Assembly: GCA_022813865.1 (NCBI GenBank)
Contig: JALDZX010000004.1
Location: forward strand, 434,001-498,000
Length of the DNA: 64,000 nt
DNA from: Xylographa opegraphella
Taxonomy: Eukaryota
Direction: 5' to 3'
How positions within the stretch are numbered: position 1 is the stretch's first letter; every line of letters starts with the position of its first letter. The notes below the pieces were generated by a model that worked only from the letters and a program-made list of their open reading frames with translations, was not told where the DNA came from and did not search any database. Both the position numbers and the translations under genes were made by a program. Positions 10,721-23,800 of this stretch are shown here, piece after piece.

Positions 10721-12894
10721 CGATGTATCGGCACGGACGTGTGCGGCGTTCAGCATTTGAAATATTATTGCCAGAACGGCTTATGATTTGAGTCCCATAC
10801 AGTCCTCATTCTCGGAATAGGATCTCACTTACCTATCTGTACAGCGGAGGATCTGGCCGAGCGGTCCAGGAGACCTTCCAGGACCGCCGCTGTACTTATC
10901 ATGAAGGAGCATATCTATCAAGCCTCAAAAATGAACAATAGAGACTGTTTTAAGCCCAGCAGAGGTTGATGCCGAATACACTAAGTCAAGGCTGATCGGA
11001 CATGCCTCACCCTATCTTCCACGTCTCCATCGCCAACGGCCACCTTCACCAACGTCAACTTTAAGTTCACAGTCATTACTAAGCTCGCTTTTGCCACCGT
11101 CGGAGCCTATCTAAGTCGTCTTCGTCCTCAACCTTATCTTCACAATCTTCAGAGATTAAGTTGCTGTCGTCACGAAACACGTGAAAACCAGCTAGTTCTT
11201 GTTACCATGATTTTGTCCTCCATGTATCAGTATATGTCCCTTTTCCTCACGTTTATCACTATCTACTAATCTAGCATCTCGCTGTTTCTCCGGGACCTAG
11301 AGATAAGATTTGTTCTGTTTGCTCGTATATATGTCTTTCACAGACTCCGTATCTTGGCCCCTTCGTGACGAAGTACAGGCTACTATTGATAGATCGGCAA
11401 TTACCCAAGTCCTAACCGGCAAAACACGGTGCTTCTGGTGGAACCTACAAAGGTTGTCTACAAGGAGGAATACATCACTTGAAGCTCCCACAAGTAGAGG
11501 ACTGCAGGCCCTGTTGGACGATGCTGGCCTAGGCCGGCCAGAGGAGGATGGATCTTTTGAACCAACATCTTCCGATTATCGTCAAAGGATACTCAGACTC
11601 GTGCCATGGAAGCAAGAAGATGAGTAATATCATCTTGCTGGAAGCGTCGAAGAGCATAAGATCACGCGAGATGCCGGAATATGTACGCTCGATCTTGAGA
11701 TATCGGGTGGTGTGCCAAGTTTCCAGACACCATCAACCGCACGAGCTGTATGCGACAAATGATGCCGGATGATTTCATTGCGGGTGAGAACACGATCTCC
11801 AAACTCGTGTCACTTTTCTGCTCCAAGCGAGCTAGCGGAGCGAGAGCCAAACACAGTCATAAGAAACATATCAACTTCATAGACTCTGGAGAAAGGTTAT
11901 GGCCGCTGGATTTCAATGCAGTTTGGTGTTGCACAGTGAGCATTTTCGAGCAGCTCTATATGGTCATATTCAAAGCCACTGATGCGGACTTCGATAGTGC
12001 GCTGACGAGATTCAACAACGAGGAAACGTTGGGGAGGGCGGTATTGGGTTTATGCCAAGGCTTACCCACGGACAAGACATATCTCTATATATATCTTTTA
12101 CCTCCAAGGTATATAAATAAACACGTACGATTCATTGACGAAGGTAGAAAGTTACAACCATCATAACGAGAGCGAATCAGCAGCCGAGACACAGGCAGAA
12201 AAGGATAGGAAACTGGCGACGGCTCCTCGCTAACATTATGTGGTCCGTCAACACGACTATGGGCTTCGAGCGCGATCTAGTGTGGAGCGACCCTAGGCAG
12301 ATGGGGCTCGAAACAATCATGTGAGCCATACTAGTGCTGAAGGGACTCCCGTACCGAGTACAAGTCCAGTACGGTCGACGCGTCAACCGGGCGATTCGAA
12401 GTAAGTGGGACTGCCGTCTTTCTTCAGGAGCGCCGTAGCTCCGTTAAACTGCTATATATGCAGCGCCGGAGCGGGTACAGACCTCGTATCCGGCACCAAC
12501 GAGATGCTCGACGGACTAAACGACGTCGCTTAAAGATTCCCAGCGGGAAGAACCCCGACGTGGTTGAGTGAACGATGACTGGGTCTCAAGGAAGCAAGGA
12601 ATCTGACATGAGAGGGGAGTTGTTGTTGTCTAGTCGTGCTGGATTCTCGAGGTAGCGACTTTTCTTAGATAGTAAACTACTTATGGTAATAGGGCCGTAC
12701 ATAAAACCCTGCTTCCGCACAGTGTACTTGAACTGGTAGGGTGTGGAAGGGACATCTCGGAAAGGTAGGATACTCGATCACGGTTTGTATGAATATTAAA
12801 CTATCAGACGAGAAGCTCCCAATGTGTTCAATCCATACGTGTAACATATCTAAAATTACATTTTCCGAGCCTCTACAAGTCCAGATCTATTGTA

Positions 12895-14877
12895 TCAAAC
12901 TGTTCGTTGACTTTCATCCTGTCTCGGCTTCAACTCTAACATCAACTCTGTATAGTTCATCATGAACCGATTCTTGCCTTTCAAGCCTCCAGGCTGCGCA
13001 ACGATCTCCCATTTCTTACAGATCTATTCATTGTCAGCATCCCTCCGGCTGTGCATAATCTAGGCGAACAAACGTGTATCAATGTCGTCCTAATGACGAT
13101 CCACGCGATATCCTTCCCGATGCAGGCTCTGGATCCTTTTCCAAAAGCGGTGAGATTCCGGGGATTCAGCTTCTCCTGGCCATACTCATCCAGCCACCTT
13201 CCAGGATTCCATTCCTCTGCATCGTCACCCCACATGCTTTTAGAGCGGTGAAGCACATATGGATTGCAGCCGACGTTCGTACCAACTGGTAAGGGGTCCT
13301 GCAAGCCAGGAATGGCAAACTCGGCGCCCGGTCCAATTTTCCGCGGGAAGACAGAGGCAAACGGGGGGCACAGGCGTAGAGTTTCGTTGTAAATTGCCCT
13401 GAGAACTGGTAGAAAATGATTCGGTGCACTATCAACCTCAACTGACTTGAGTTCGAAGAATATACGCGACTGCCACAACGGCTGTAAGCCAAGGTAGTAT
13501 ATGATGCAGGTCAATACGGCTGCAGTCGAACCTGGTCCAGCGAAGACATAGTCTTTGCCATGGTATCAGTCAATGATATGACACACTATGAGAATTAGAA
13601 AGATATACTCAAGGTTTCACGCTCGATCTCCCCAGGATCCATGCGCTTACTATCCGTTTCCGGAACCTGTCGGAAATTTTGAAGAATGCTTGAATGCAGT
13701 TGAGATACATGAGGTCCGAGGGCAATCGAGCGCGATATCTAAAATATAGGAGAAATGTCTTAGTGTTCGTAGATGTCCTGATGGCTTGAGAGGAAATATC
13801 ATACAGCTGTGAGTTTTGTAAAACGTGTGGGACGACCCTGCTTGTCGAATGTGCCTTTTCGCGCATAAGGAAGCATCATCGGAGAATTGACCAGCCGATT
13901 CAGCCATGGTACCAAGCCGAACCCAAAACCCAGATCAATCAGGTGCTATCCAGATCTGTTAGCTCTGCGTTTCATGTTATCAGGTATGCCCGGAGGGTCA
14001 TTGATCAGCTGATATCGTACCGAAACGCTGAATGCAATTTCTGTGCCATCGACAGCGGTCTGGAGGTTCATGGACTCCCCATAAGTAATCTCAAACACTG
14101 TTCCAAATTCCGATCAGTCTGAGTTCAGGATAGAAGATTTGTAAAGTTCTTACTTGTATCGAATGTGAACCGAAGCAGGTACGGTGCAATGTTGAAGTTG
14201 TGGTAGGACAACTGTGAGGCTCTCTCAAGCTGCTCCATAAGAGTAACAGTGTTCTTGAAGATATGAGGATAGTAGCTTAGGGCATGGGTATAGGTAAACT
14301 AAGTAAGTACGTAAGCCAGAGTTTTCGTGTCCGTTCATTACGCTTTATTTCATTGATACGTACCGCCACAGATACAATTTTCCGAGCGCGATCCCGGTGT
14401 GCCAGTTCATTTTCCAATTGAAGTATTGATGCATGCTTTGGATCTGGATCACCAGCACCCGCATAGAAGTCTCCCTTACCAATAGCTTTGTTGAAACCGT
14501 AGATTGCGTCATAAGCTGCATAGTCGGAGAAGAGCAGAGTATTTGGGCCAATTCTAACCACTGGACCATAGTTTTTGTGTAGTAGCACATCAACATTGTG
14601 GGTATCTCCTGCAAAATGGGTTGCGAATCTCCTAGCCGGTGTTAGTGATCAATAGTACGTAGTATGTAGAATAGTGTAAGCATTATCGAGCATACCAGAA
14701 ATCTGTAACGCTAGCTAGGACCGGTCCTGGATAGACCGAAAGAGGATGGAAGTAACGGAGGGACATACACCTGACGAAGACAGTGACAAGAAGAACGACG
14801 CCTAGATATAGCAGAGCAGTATCTAGATAGCCAAGCACCGACACTTGAAATGATTCACTGCCGAGCAGAGACGCCAT
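12895..14877 (-). CDS. Cytochrome P450 monooxygenase (7 exons, apparently intact)
   Basis: N-terminal TM helix, YPGP, GPVVRIGPN, I-helix FAGPGST, ETLR, WNPGRW, heme motif FGKGSRACIG. Six GT-AG introns give a continuous frame ending TGA at 12895. Confidence 0.92.
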
Positions 14878-17800
14878 TTCCAACAGGTAGTGTATTATTG
14901 ACTTGTACTCTGGATTGAGTTCTTCACTTATGTACATGAAGGTAATAGCACGTGTAGAGACGTGTTATCGGAAGTCTCTAAGTGTCACAAAGTGTGGTGT
15001 GTGTTGCACCCAAAGCATAAGGAGCGCTAAAGCCACGCTAAGGGCAAATGGTGACAAGGTCGGAAGCTTTCATTCGGCTGGACTTTCCGAAGTATGACGA
15101 CGCTGAGCACATATGACACTGAATGTTGCACGTAAGGCCCCTGAATACTGACTGACCGAAGGAGCGGATGGCGAAACACACGCCGAACGAAGCGTGTCTG
15201 CTAGTGACCATTGATGGTTCCTTGGAGAGGATTGGTTCGATTCGCAAAGCAAATTTCAGATCAAGATTGAAGCGGCATTGCCCTGCAATTTATGGCTCAT
15301 ATCAGTACGAAGGCTTTGTGAAGCCAGAACCAGATTCATCAAAGATTAGGAAGCAACAATCGGCGAATGCGAATTCACTCACCGAGGACAGGGAATTGGC
15401 ATGAGAGACTGGATACCTTGCTTGCGCAAACTTGGTCCGGTGATCGAAACAAGGACCAAGTTATTCACAGACAACTGTGAACCACAATAGTGCTAGCAAA
15501 TGGCTATAAATTGCACCACGGCCCCAGCAGGGTCGATGCTGGACATCATATGATTTTATGCTCAGGTGTATATGGTCCATGAACAAACGCTGACTCTCAA
15601 TGAAGCAATTCACGCAGCAGGGTTTTAAAAAAAAACCCGAATCCAGTACTGGATTTCTACGGTTGTGCTGTTCAGTACCCAGCATCAATGAAAGCTACAG
15701 GTCTGAATGAAGTCACGCGCAAAGCAACGAGAAGCACAGAAGAAAACATCATGACCCAGCGTGGTGAAGTAGAACCGGCTATGCATACAGCGTTGTCTGA
15801 TGTCGTCCAATACACCCGAATCAACACTGCGTAACTCAGAATAATCGATGAAATGCCACAGAAGCTGATGTACTTCGTTAAAGAAACGTCATAACCACGG
15901 CTCCACTACCGTTGGGAGGCGAGTATTGGAGGCTCGGGTGCGTACAGCAGCAAACGGGGAATCTAGATGGTCCGAACCGTCCAGTGAGTGTGCATATCGA
16001 GTATATGCCTTTCATAGATACTAAGATACAGGGATAGGCCGACGTCGTCTTTCATAGTTGGCGGAGGAAAAATAGTCAGGACCTTCAACCTGATGAATGT
16101 ATGATCGGAGCTCAGTGGATGCAGTACTGGTTGCGGCCTGGAATCAATGAGCAGCCTAAATAGACACGATTGCAATGCGAGCTTGGAGAATGTGTCACTG
16201 TGGTTTGGATATCTGCGCATCGTCAGTCCTACGTCCGAATACACCCAAGTACATTCTTTACATTTTGTCACGAGATCTAGAGACGACTATTTCCAATCAG
16301 GATTTTTTGATTTCAGGCTTGATTAGCCGACAAGTTCTCGACCCATGTCCACTATAGTCTTGTTGCTAGGTTGTATTGGATGTACACCAGGACTTGATCT
16401 CCTCGTCTTTTAGTCTGATAAGATGGTCGAAGGAGCGGCTTTGTCTCACCTCAAGATGTACATCAGATGTATTCCGTCACTATACCAAATGATCAACAAT
16501 TGGATTCGAAGATATACTTCTACTTGGCCAGTCTCCCACGTGTGGGATAGTCTTGCAAATATCTGGTCTTACCTCAGATTCTGTCGGCAAAAGCGCTTCT
16601 TGTGTAGTCGATCTCAAGCAAGTCGGACAATTGCACGTTCTGCCGTTGTTCATATCATTCGCAATCCTCTTATTGATGATTATTCCTGGTCGTGGAAATG
16701 ATGATGATAGCGAAAGTCGGAATTCTGCACGATTTCCACGTATGACGAATAAGACATTGGATCTCATCAATCAGTTATGCTCTGAGCCTATACCTGGTGC
16801 TTGCGCAACATATTAGGTTTGTAGATTAGGTCAGTCAGTATCTTGATAGAGCTAGATTGTCGTCTTCGACCGAAGACCGCAAGCTCGAAGGTTGGAACTC
16901 CGTCATCATTCAACTCAGCAGACAGAATCCAGTTATGGGTGGTTCTGCTCGCTAGATTGAAATTAGATTGGTCGAAATAAGGATCAAATGCATAATATAA
17001 CAGCTAAGAGATGTCTGAAGTGAAGAAACTAAGCCACAGTGCCATAAGGATCACCGACGAAGGCAAAATATGATGAACAAGATTCACTCGAAGGATGTGT
17101 TACAAGGCGGATACTTATGGAGCAGCTATCAGTATCATAAGTAAGCATTAACGACACAGTACGTAGCAATCAAGCAACATGTAGAAAAGCCCCGGTAGAT
17201 ATCAGCTGTTCACAAGACTCGACATACAGAGTAGATAGAGTGTGCGCTCTATGTTGGACGCAAAGTTAGAGCAGTACTTGGCAAAGGCGTCCCCCTTTCT
17301 ACACATGCGTCAGAGACGCTGCGTTACGAGTTTGTGGACTGGCCTCCGTTATGAAGCCGAGCACTTGCGTGACGTCGGTGCTCGTACGCTGAAGAACCCG
17401 CAGACATGCGCCCTAAGCCTCTGGTATCGCTGCTGATTGGTCAGTAGTGATGCTACGTGATTCGCCAGTATAGACGCTTGCCGCCGCGTCTATCAGAAAC
17501 AAGGCTGGTACGCCTTCCGAACATTCTATTGGTAATCTTTCTTCTTAGGTACTATCTCACAGATATGGTTCTTTGTTTCAATACGGGTTGAATCCTGGGT
17601 GAAGTCATCTAGTTTAGGGTAGCATCGAAGCGCAGCTACAAATCTTTTACGCGGAAATCAACTATGATCACCCTGCGCTCACCAAAGGACATTATCAATT
17701 GAAGCCTGGAGCTCTTTGTAAATATGTTGGTGATCAATCAATAGCCTCGAGGTTTTGAGCCTCCGTATACCTCCTCTTCTTCTTGAAGCAAGATACTGTA

Positions 17801-18876
17801 TTGAATACATCAACCAGGTGATCCAGCGTGAGGCGGCCTCTCGCTCAATATGCAGCGTTGTGGAGTGCCAAGGCCCCGTTGAAGCTAAACCGAAAGAGGG
17901 AATATTGTACTGATCGGAGCGGATCATTGCGCGTCACTAGCGGCCGATGTTGAATTTGGACCCCCCTCATCCTTGGAGCAGCTACGCTGCAATGACAAAG
18001 AGCTGTCCGGAATGTACGGCTTCGTATCCTTTGTCGGGATCCTTGCAGCTTTCGGATGCATGTTGCACTTGAACACGAAGCTACGAGAACTGAAAGATTG
18101 TGTAATGTCTACACAATAAGTTCTGCCACATGGAGAAATTGCACGAGGGATTGCTCGTACGTTGTGATATATGGATGTTCCACGCTTGCCCAAACATATT
18201 TCAATCACGGTTCAATCGCGACTACGTTTTGCGGTTATCGAGTCCTCAATTTTGCACTTGTGTCGATGCCGATGAACACTTCACATCGATGGGCAGCAAA
18301 CGTCATTGAAACTCTCTGGCCATAGCCGCAGCGGATTATCACCAGCAAGTATATTCGGCTAGGATTCTTATTCGAAGCCCTTGAGGTGGATGACTGAGCA
18401 ATGGCGAAAAGCTCACCATGGGCGAATAGACCCACGGAATCCATAAGGTTTAGCTCGATGCCAAATCTGGCAAAGAGCTCCAAGATGAATTGCAAACTCT
18501 AGTTCAGTTTGGGAAACCATGCGGATATAAGGGTTAGTAAGGACCCACCCCTGATTGTTCTAGCGACTCATATCCGTTCTCAAGACGAACTGCATATTGG
18601 GATTAGGCTAAGATGATGCTATGTACATGCTAGGGCTTCTGAGAGTATAGAGAAAATGCTGCATTTCACTATTTATATAGTCTAACATGTGAAGAACCCA
18701 AATTAGGTTTTATGAAGAGAGTAGCAGATATGCCAAGTACGCAACGCAAAAGGGGTATCTCATGTACTATGAACATCATTGCCAATCTTATATCTAACAC
18801 CTCGAAGCTATGCACCTTGTTCGCGAAGGTATGCAATACGGTCTTGTCCATTACCCATGCTCCCTCGCAATTCCGT

Positions 18877-19932
18877 TCATCTCCGTTTCCTCGTGTCGGA
18901 ATTGCTTCGTCCCCGCTGCCTTGTCGTCGTGAAGGAAAGATACCATCTCCTGGCCCTGATCCAATGTAGAAACGCATAGAGCAGCTCCGCCATACCCAGC
19001 GGGAGGAAATGCTTCACTAGTAGCTGTGACCACGCTGTAGATAGGCTACTCGTAGAAGCTCTGATCGGCTTGGTCGTGACTATTTCGTCAAGTTCACCCA
19101 CTAGTAGTGCGAGGTATCTGAAGATGGACGAGGCTTCGTCCACAATGTCTTGTCTTTGTTCTACATTGAGAAGGGCTTCAATATCGTTGAGCCGGGCCTT
19201 GAACTCGTTCTTTATGTCCTCGCCGTCTTCTTCTCCAGGAAAGTGCCAAAAAGCTAACCCCAAACTTGGGTTGGAGTTGGGACTTTCGGAGGCACCTTCG
19301 AGAGACAAGGGATACCAATATGAAGTCTTTGCAACAAGAAGCTGCGCTCGAATCCACCGGCCTCCATTGAACAGCGCCATATACATGACCCACGCATAAG
19401 CTATCAAGACGTGCGGCTTTGCTCCGCACGTCTGCTCGAAGTGCTGCAGAAATCGATGAAGCTGGAGTTCTTCCATGTTTTCCAGCACATCATCCACCTC
19501 ATCGAGTTTCTTATGCAGCAGAATCGAGAGATCACTTCTAAGATTCCGCGCTCGAAGCATGTCGGGCATGTACAAGTGTTTCAAAGCCGAGAACACGCGG
19601 TGATCGATTGCTTGAGATGCTTCTAGTGGCTGGAGATCCACAATGTCGGCCCATCGCGACTCGAAGGAGCGGTATATTGGTGCGATATGCTGGATACCAG
19701 TAGTGTAGGTTTCAGGTGATTGACTATTGGGCGGTAAAGCGAGTGGTAAACGGGCCAGAATGAGACGATTCAGTTGTGTGTGTAAGGATCTACATAGCTC
19801 AAACATCAGCAGATGTGCTTCGCAAAGATGATGAGGATATAACCTAGTCGCGGAATTAATTTGCGCTGGCAACGTATGCTCAGCATTGCTGTTGCCGCTG
19901 GTTTGGCTGCGTGCCTCTGTTCGCTCTGCCAT
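18877..19932 (-). CDS. Heme-oxygenase-like protein
   Basis: Removing in-frame intron 19843-19790 gives INSATRSLHTQLNRLI (proximal His); AYAWVMYMALFNGGRWIR distal helix; EDIKNEFKAR; hydrophobic C-terminal segment. Confidence 0.85.
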   Translation of the reverse strand: MAERTEARSQTSGNSNAEHTLPAQINSATRLYPHHLCEAHLLMFELCRSLHTQLNRLILARLPLALPPNSQSPETYTTGIQHIAPIYRSFESRWADIVDLQPLEASQAIDHRVFSALKHLYMPDMLRARNLRSDLSILLHKKLDEVDDVLENMEELQLHRFLQHFEQTCGAKPHVLIAYAWVMYMALFNGGRWIRAQLLVAKTSYWYPLSLEGASESPNSNPSLGLAFWHFPGEEDGEDIKNEFKARLNDIEALLNVEQRQDIVDEASSIFRYLALLVGELDEIVTTKPIRASTSSLSTAWSQLLVKHFLPLGMAELLYAFLHWIRARRWYLSFTTTRQRGRSNSDTRKRR

Positions 19933-20844
19933 GGTAACGAGTCTGATAAATGCGGTTGAAAATGAAGAGAGACCAAAGTAACTGATACGAAAGATATCAT
20001 AATGAGCGTGCGAAAGGCTCCAGGCCTCCAAGGGCTGTAAAATTTATCTATACAAAGGAACAAAGGAACAGACACGAGGTACTTGTCAGGTTTCCATGTC
20101 ACCCAGATGACTGACATCATGCCGGGGGCTTTATGGCCATACTTCTTTGGGTCGATTTAGGCGCCAAGCATTACCCGGTGACCGCCAAGACTACATGTGG
20201 GCATTAAAAGAGGACAAGATTAAGGAGTACCCAGAGAGCAGTCGTGGCATACGGGCGGCCGCTTTATCGGGTGAGCTGGGTGATTTAGCACTCAAAGCGA
20301 ACCAACAACTACTTTACCATATACGAATCTTCTCATGTCATAAACACGCATACAATAGTTTATACTTGACTTATCATACAGCATGCCTATATAAAGTGAA
20401 TGGTTGGAGACGAAAAAAATGTGTGAAACGCAGGATCAAGCCAGTATGAATTATCCATTGTCGTTGTCAGATGAGCTGCACTCGTTTTCATAGTTCAAGG
20501 CTGGCTGACCACGCAGGCGACGAAGAGTATCGAAAACTAATAAATATTAGCGCAACTAAGATAGATTATAATGGCAGGTACTTACATAACTGAATGCCGT
20601 AGCCCTAACACTGGTTTTTGTGGCATTTTTTCAGTAGCGATTCTGGGGATAGAGAGAGGATGACGATGCTGTCGATTGATCTTCTCCACAAACTTTTGGC
20701 AGCATTAAGCAGGGGGCAAGTAGGCATTGTAGGACAAGCAAGCAAGCGTCTTCCAAGCATGCCTACGCTGTTGAGATAGATCCCACAACGATGCCAACCG
20801 TCTATAACCTGTCTTCAACTCATGCCTCGTATCAAGCTGCCCGC

Positions 20845-23800
20845 CTACCGATCCATCCCATCGAGCTCCACTAACTTCCTTACCACCCCTACCACTTCCT
20901 CATCTTCTTTGCCCCACACGCCACCATCCACCCTCTTCCTCAGCACTTCTTCCACCATTCCCCTCAACCTTCCCACCAACACCCCAATCCTCGCCCAACC
21001 CCTCATCCTCAGCCAGCCACCGACCACGATGCCTCTTCCCAGCGAATCCAATTCCAATCGGCCCCCAAACATCAGCGCTGCGTAACCCCCACACGGCACC
21101 AGATCCCGCACGAACACTTTACTCGTTGCGATCTTGCTGAAGTATGCAAGACAGACGGGGGGTGCGGCACCGGGGAAGACCTGGGCGTGGAAGAGCGTGC
21201 TGCTGGGGTGGACGAACACACGGGAGGAGTCTGGTGTGAAGTATTTGATGGTACGGGCTTCGGGATCCAGGGCCACGGCACCAGAGCTGGAGGCGGCGTA
21301 TTTCGTGGACGGGAATTCGATGCGAGCGAGCTGGGGATTGAACGCTGCGGCGATCAGTGCGCGGAGGAGCGGCAGGGACTCATTGTGGGCGTTGAGGTGA
21401 GACGTGGCTGTGGATGAAGGGTCGTAGGGGATCGGGAGAAAACCGGCTTCGGTAAGCGAGGAAACGTATTGCGAGCGGGTTGAGGAAATGTCGGAGAGCG
21501 TCTGTTGGGATAAGAAGTGCGTGTCGCACCAGGAGCGAAGCGCGCGATACGAAGCGGTCGATTGACGCTGGTCCAGCCAAGTATTAAAAGCTGCGAGATC
21601 GGCGAGGAGGTCTCCTTGCGAGGGAGCGAAAGCTGCGCGAGCGGTTTTGGATTCTTCACGGGCGGTTTGGGAAGAGACGAAAGGGGATTTAATAGTTAGA
21701 ATGGAGGCAATTGTCAGAGTCGCTTCGAGGCAGCCGAAAATGGCGCCGTACACCATAAGCTTGCCACAGCGGAGATCGGCAGGGATCATGGCAAGGTGCT
21801 GGCCTAGAGCAGTAAGTTCGTCGCCATCCAGAGCGCCCATCTTGCCAAGGAGATCAATGGCGCCTTCAACAGCCATGCTTTCTGGTGGTGTCAGCGTGCT
21901 GGCGAGAAAGGAGGGTATGTCAGTGATGCCCATCGCGCGAACAGAGAGACACAGCTGTTCTAGGGGAACTCTTCTAATCTCCGGTTCGGGTCTTTCAGCC
22001 ATCTTGGTTTCCGCATTGCGTGTGTAGAGCTTGTAGCACTTGCCCGCTCTGACCCGACCGGCCCGCCCTCTTCGCTGTTTGCATGCTGCGCGGGAGGCCG
22101 AGACCTCTTCCAGCTTCACCATGTTGTTCTGCGGGTCGAAACTCGTCTCTTTGACCTTGCCGGTATCAATCACCGCTACGATGTCTTCTATAGTGATCGA
22201 TGTTTCTGCAACATTGGTGGCGGCAATAACTTTCCGCTTACCCTTTGGCGCTGGAGGAAACACTCGCCTTTGCTCACTCGACATGAGCGAAGCATGGAGA
22301 GGTAGAGCATGAATATTCGGAAGTGAGCGGATGGCATCCAGAGTCCGGTTGATCTCCATTACACCCGGAAGAAATATAAGGATACCGCCTTTTATGCTCC
22401 CGAGTTGCGCATCAATAGCGCTCACAGTGGCTGCGATCAGATTGTAGTTAATGCGCATTCCCACTGCTTGAATCGTACTAGCCACAGATTGATCGCCGTA
22501 TGTAGCTTCTTCATCCATATCACCATACCGTGAGCCTGGGTTGAAATTCGTCATGCTAATAACGTCGTCCAAATAATAGTCATCCACGGGAAACGTTCGG
22601 CCCTGTATTTCAATCTTGCCAACAGTTGCAGCATCGTGAAAGTATCTCTCAAACACACCTGCATCTAGCGTTGCACTCATCAATATAATCTTGAGGTCTT
22701 TGCGCTGTATCAAAACACTCCGTAACAGAATGAGAAGGAAGTCGGTATCAAGACTTCTCTCGTGTACTTCATCAACAACAACATGACTGACATCTGCAAG
22801 CGCGGCCACGACATCATCAGTACTTCCGCCAGACGTCTGCAACCGTCGCAGAAGAACACCAATAGTGACAAATGTGATTTTTGTAATCCCGGGCTTCTGC
22901 TTCGACTCGCCTCGAATGGCATATCCTACCTCGTCTCCTACAACACTACATCTCTCATCACTGACACGATCAGCCAGACCTAATGCTGATATTCTCCGTG
23001 GCTGTGTACAGATGATGTTGGCGACGGATCCTAGCTGTCTTTGAATCATGTCGTCAAGGACGAACTGGACAGACTGCGTAGACTTGCCCGAACCAGTTTC
23101 GCCTGATATGATAGTGACTTGATTTTCTTCAACTGTCTTCACAATAGCTTCTCGTAAGCTCCAAGCTGGGAGGGACTGTCGTCCAGCTTGCATCTTGCGT
23201 TGCTGGGAGGTCTCCTGCCTGGCCTGCAAATTCGATAGGATTCTCATACTTTCAGTATTTCCTGGCGTCCATTGAATGGGAAGAGGCCTTCTCCTCACAT
23301 GTTTCCTCGTTTTCATAGTTTGAGGCTGCGGCACTTCACTGGTAGTAGTTGCGGCAGCAGAAACATCGCGCAGTTTCCCAGGATTTTCGATGATCCTTGG
23401 AATTTCAGTCTCCAGCCAATCCACAAGATTGAAGACCATTGGCTGATTTAGAAGATTATCCTTTGCATAGCTTATTACCTGACGATACATACTGAGACGT
23501 ATATACGCTGGTAGTCCAGGCGAAGACAGAGACACAACAGGAGCAGTTAATGGATACAACCGTGATCTTCGAATGCTCAGAACGAAAGAGGTCTTACACC
23601 GCGGCAATTGAAGCTCAATCTGACATACATCGGAAGATATCTTCCTGAAACGATAGCCATATATGGATTGTAGGGTCTCCAGCTCCTCCTGCCAGACCCG
23701 GTCCCCCTCGGTCTTGGCACTAACATCCAAGCCTGACATATCAAGGAGACTTTCGTTTTCATCTTCGTTATCATGGAAGAGAAGGTTCTGAAGAGCTTCC

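Noticed and set aside
15233..15245. GGTTCGATTCG B-box/T-loop-like sequence
   Set aside because: Imperfect match, no cloverleaf, no informative context.
15963..17436. Scattered ORFs upstream of the P450
   Set aside because: All short, on both strands, with no family signal I can support.
12895..19932. Secondary-metabolite cluster around the P450
   Set aside because: No PKS, NRPS, terpene synthase, transporter or adjacent regulator in the window.
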